Below the pieces are notes generated by a model, which did not search any database, was not told the DNA's origin, and saw only the letters and a list, made by a program, of their open reading frames with translations. A program made the position numbers and the translations under genes. A stretch of 35,805 bases of DNA from Chiloscyllium plagiosum (Eukaryota). The first letter of the stretch is position 1. Every line of letters starts with the position of its first letter. Of this stretch, positions 34,462 to 35,805 are shown piece after piece. The stretch is taken from the NCBI RefSeq assembly GCF_004010195.1, contig NC_057719.1, forward strand, positions 51,040,913 to 51,076,717, read 5' to 3'.

Positions 34462-35805
34462 TTTTTTTTATAGATATTTTTATTAGAAATTTAACATTTT
34501 CACAAATTTACAAAAATAAACAAGACTCTCAAGTACAAACATTGATATACAATTAAATCTTAAATAAATAATAACCAAAATTTAACAAAAGAAAAATACC
34601 GAGAAAGAAAAAAAAACAAAACTCAACTAACTACTAATCTAACCTACAACTAACCACAGTGTATAATTAAGTCTCTTACATTATTCAAATAAGAGAAAGA
34701 AAAAAAAAACAACAGATAATACAGAAATTGGGTAGTGATATATATGCTCGGAATGTGTTAACATCAAATGTAACAAAACCTATATTCATGCGGGATTCCT
34801 CTCCCAAGGGGCCCCGGACCAGCCAGGTTCGTAATCTCAATTAAATAAAAGCCCTTGTTAGGATAGCCGAAATATCTATATTTATATAATTCAAGAAGGG
34901 CTGCCATATTTTATGAAATAATTCGGTCTTTTGGTGCACCATATTTGTAAGGAAGTCAAGGGGAATACATTCCATAATTAATCTGTGCCAATTTGAAAGT
35001 CCAGGGGGGCCCTCAGCCACCCAGGTTACCAAAATATTTTTCCTTGCACAGAAAGAGAGAATAGAAAATAATCTCTTCCCGTGCATACCGGGGGAGGGTA
35101 AGTTCGAAAAGCCCAAAAGAAGAGATACAGGGTCCACTTTAATTTCCGTTCCTAAAATTTCTGTCAGGGTACTTGCTACTTTAGTCCAGTATCTACGGAT
35201 CTTATGACAGGTCCATAGGCAATGTACAAGAGTGCCCACCTCTATTTTACATTTGGAGATGCTCCTGCCTTAAATTTTGCCAATCGATCCGGTGCTATAT
35301 GGGCCCTATGAAGTATCTTCAGCTGGATAGCCCGAGTTCTGTTACAAATGGTAATTCTTCTAGCATTTTCCCAAATGTCATTCCATGTTTCTATAGAGAT
35401 TTCTAGTCCCAAATCCTGATCCCATGTTTTAAGCAGATTGTCCATATCTCCCGATACTTCATCATGTAGTAAATGATAAAAAGTACTGACGGAAGATACC
35501 CCCATTGGTCGTAGCACTCTACATTCTCTATCTGATTTATAAAGACTATCTAATAACGTAGCTTCTTTTGTTATATAATCTCGAATTTGGAAATATCGAA
35601 AGAGGTCTCCANNNNNNNNNNNNNNNNNNNNNNNNNNNNNNNNNNAATAGGTCCCCAAGACATGAGTTACCCCTGGATCTCCAGAGTTTAAAAGTGGCAT
35701 CTGTTAACCCTGGTTGGAAACCCCATGCTCCCACTATCGGCGCATAGGGGGATGTTTTATGTGAGTTGCCCTCATTTTGCCGCATTATATTCCAAGCTTT
35801 AATTG
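34462..35805 (-). mobile_element. L1/Tx1-clade LINE 3' end (ORF2 C-terminus, 3'UTR, poly-A), running off the window
   Basis: DLFRYFQIRDYI, W..DLGLEIS..TW, QLKILHRAH, and the zinc-knuckle remnant KCKIEVGTLVHCLWTC..IRRYW. Minus-strand AATAAA at 34479-34484 and A8 at 34462-34469. Confidence 0.9.

Noticed and set aside
1..35805. CRISPR arrays, operons or other prokaryotic systems
   Set aside because: The sequence is spliceosomal-intron-containing vertebrate DNA with no regularly spaced repeats.

Overview
Vertebrate nuclear DNA. The repeat families suggest a cartilaginous fish (shark-like), which is an inference. The only host gene is the 3' half of DACT1 (Dapper1) on the + strand: a 156-bp internal coding exon (1035-1190) and the large terminal coding exon (4695-6580), which ends in the PDZ-binding tail ...SGSLKLMTTV. 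The rest is intron or intergenic DNA dense in transposable elements: many CR1-type LINE fragments, a Rex1/Babar-like LINE, an L1/Tx1-clade 3' end, tRNA-derived SINEs (V-SINE and Deu-SINE types), two decayed Harbinger-type Myb/SANT genes, and at least eight Penelope-like (PLE) pieces. Several PLE pieces carry minimal hammerhead-ribozyme motifs, three are fold-back palindromes, and five have clear 8-16 bp target-site duplications. A nested insertion stack fills 21.2-28.2 kb and includes a possible SINE-LINE chimera. I found no convincing wholly new gene system. The most notable features are the PLE/hammerhead mini-elements, the nested stack, and the absence of the mammalian alternative splice acceptor in the DACT1 last exon. 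All family names come from motif recognition by eye, not database searches.
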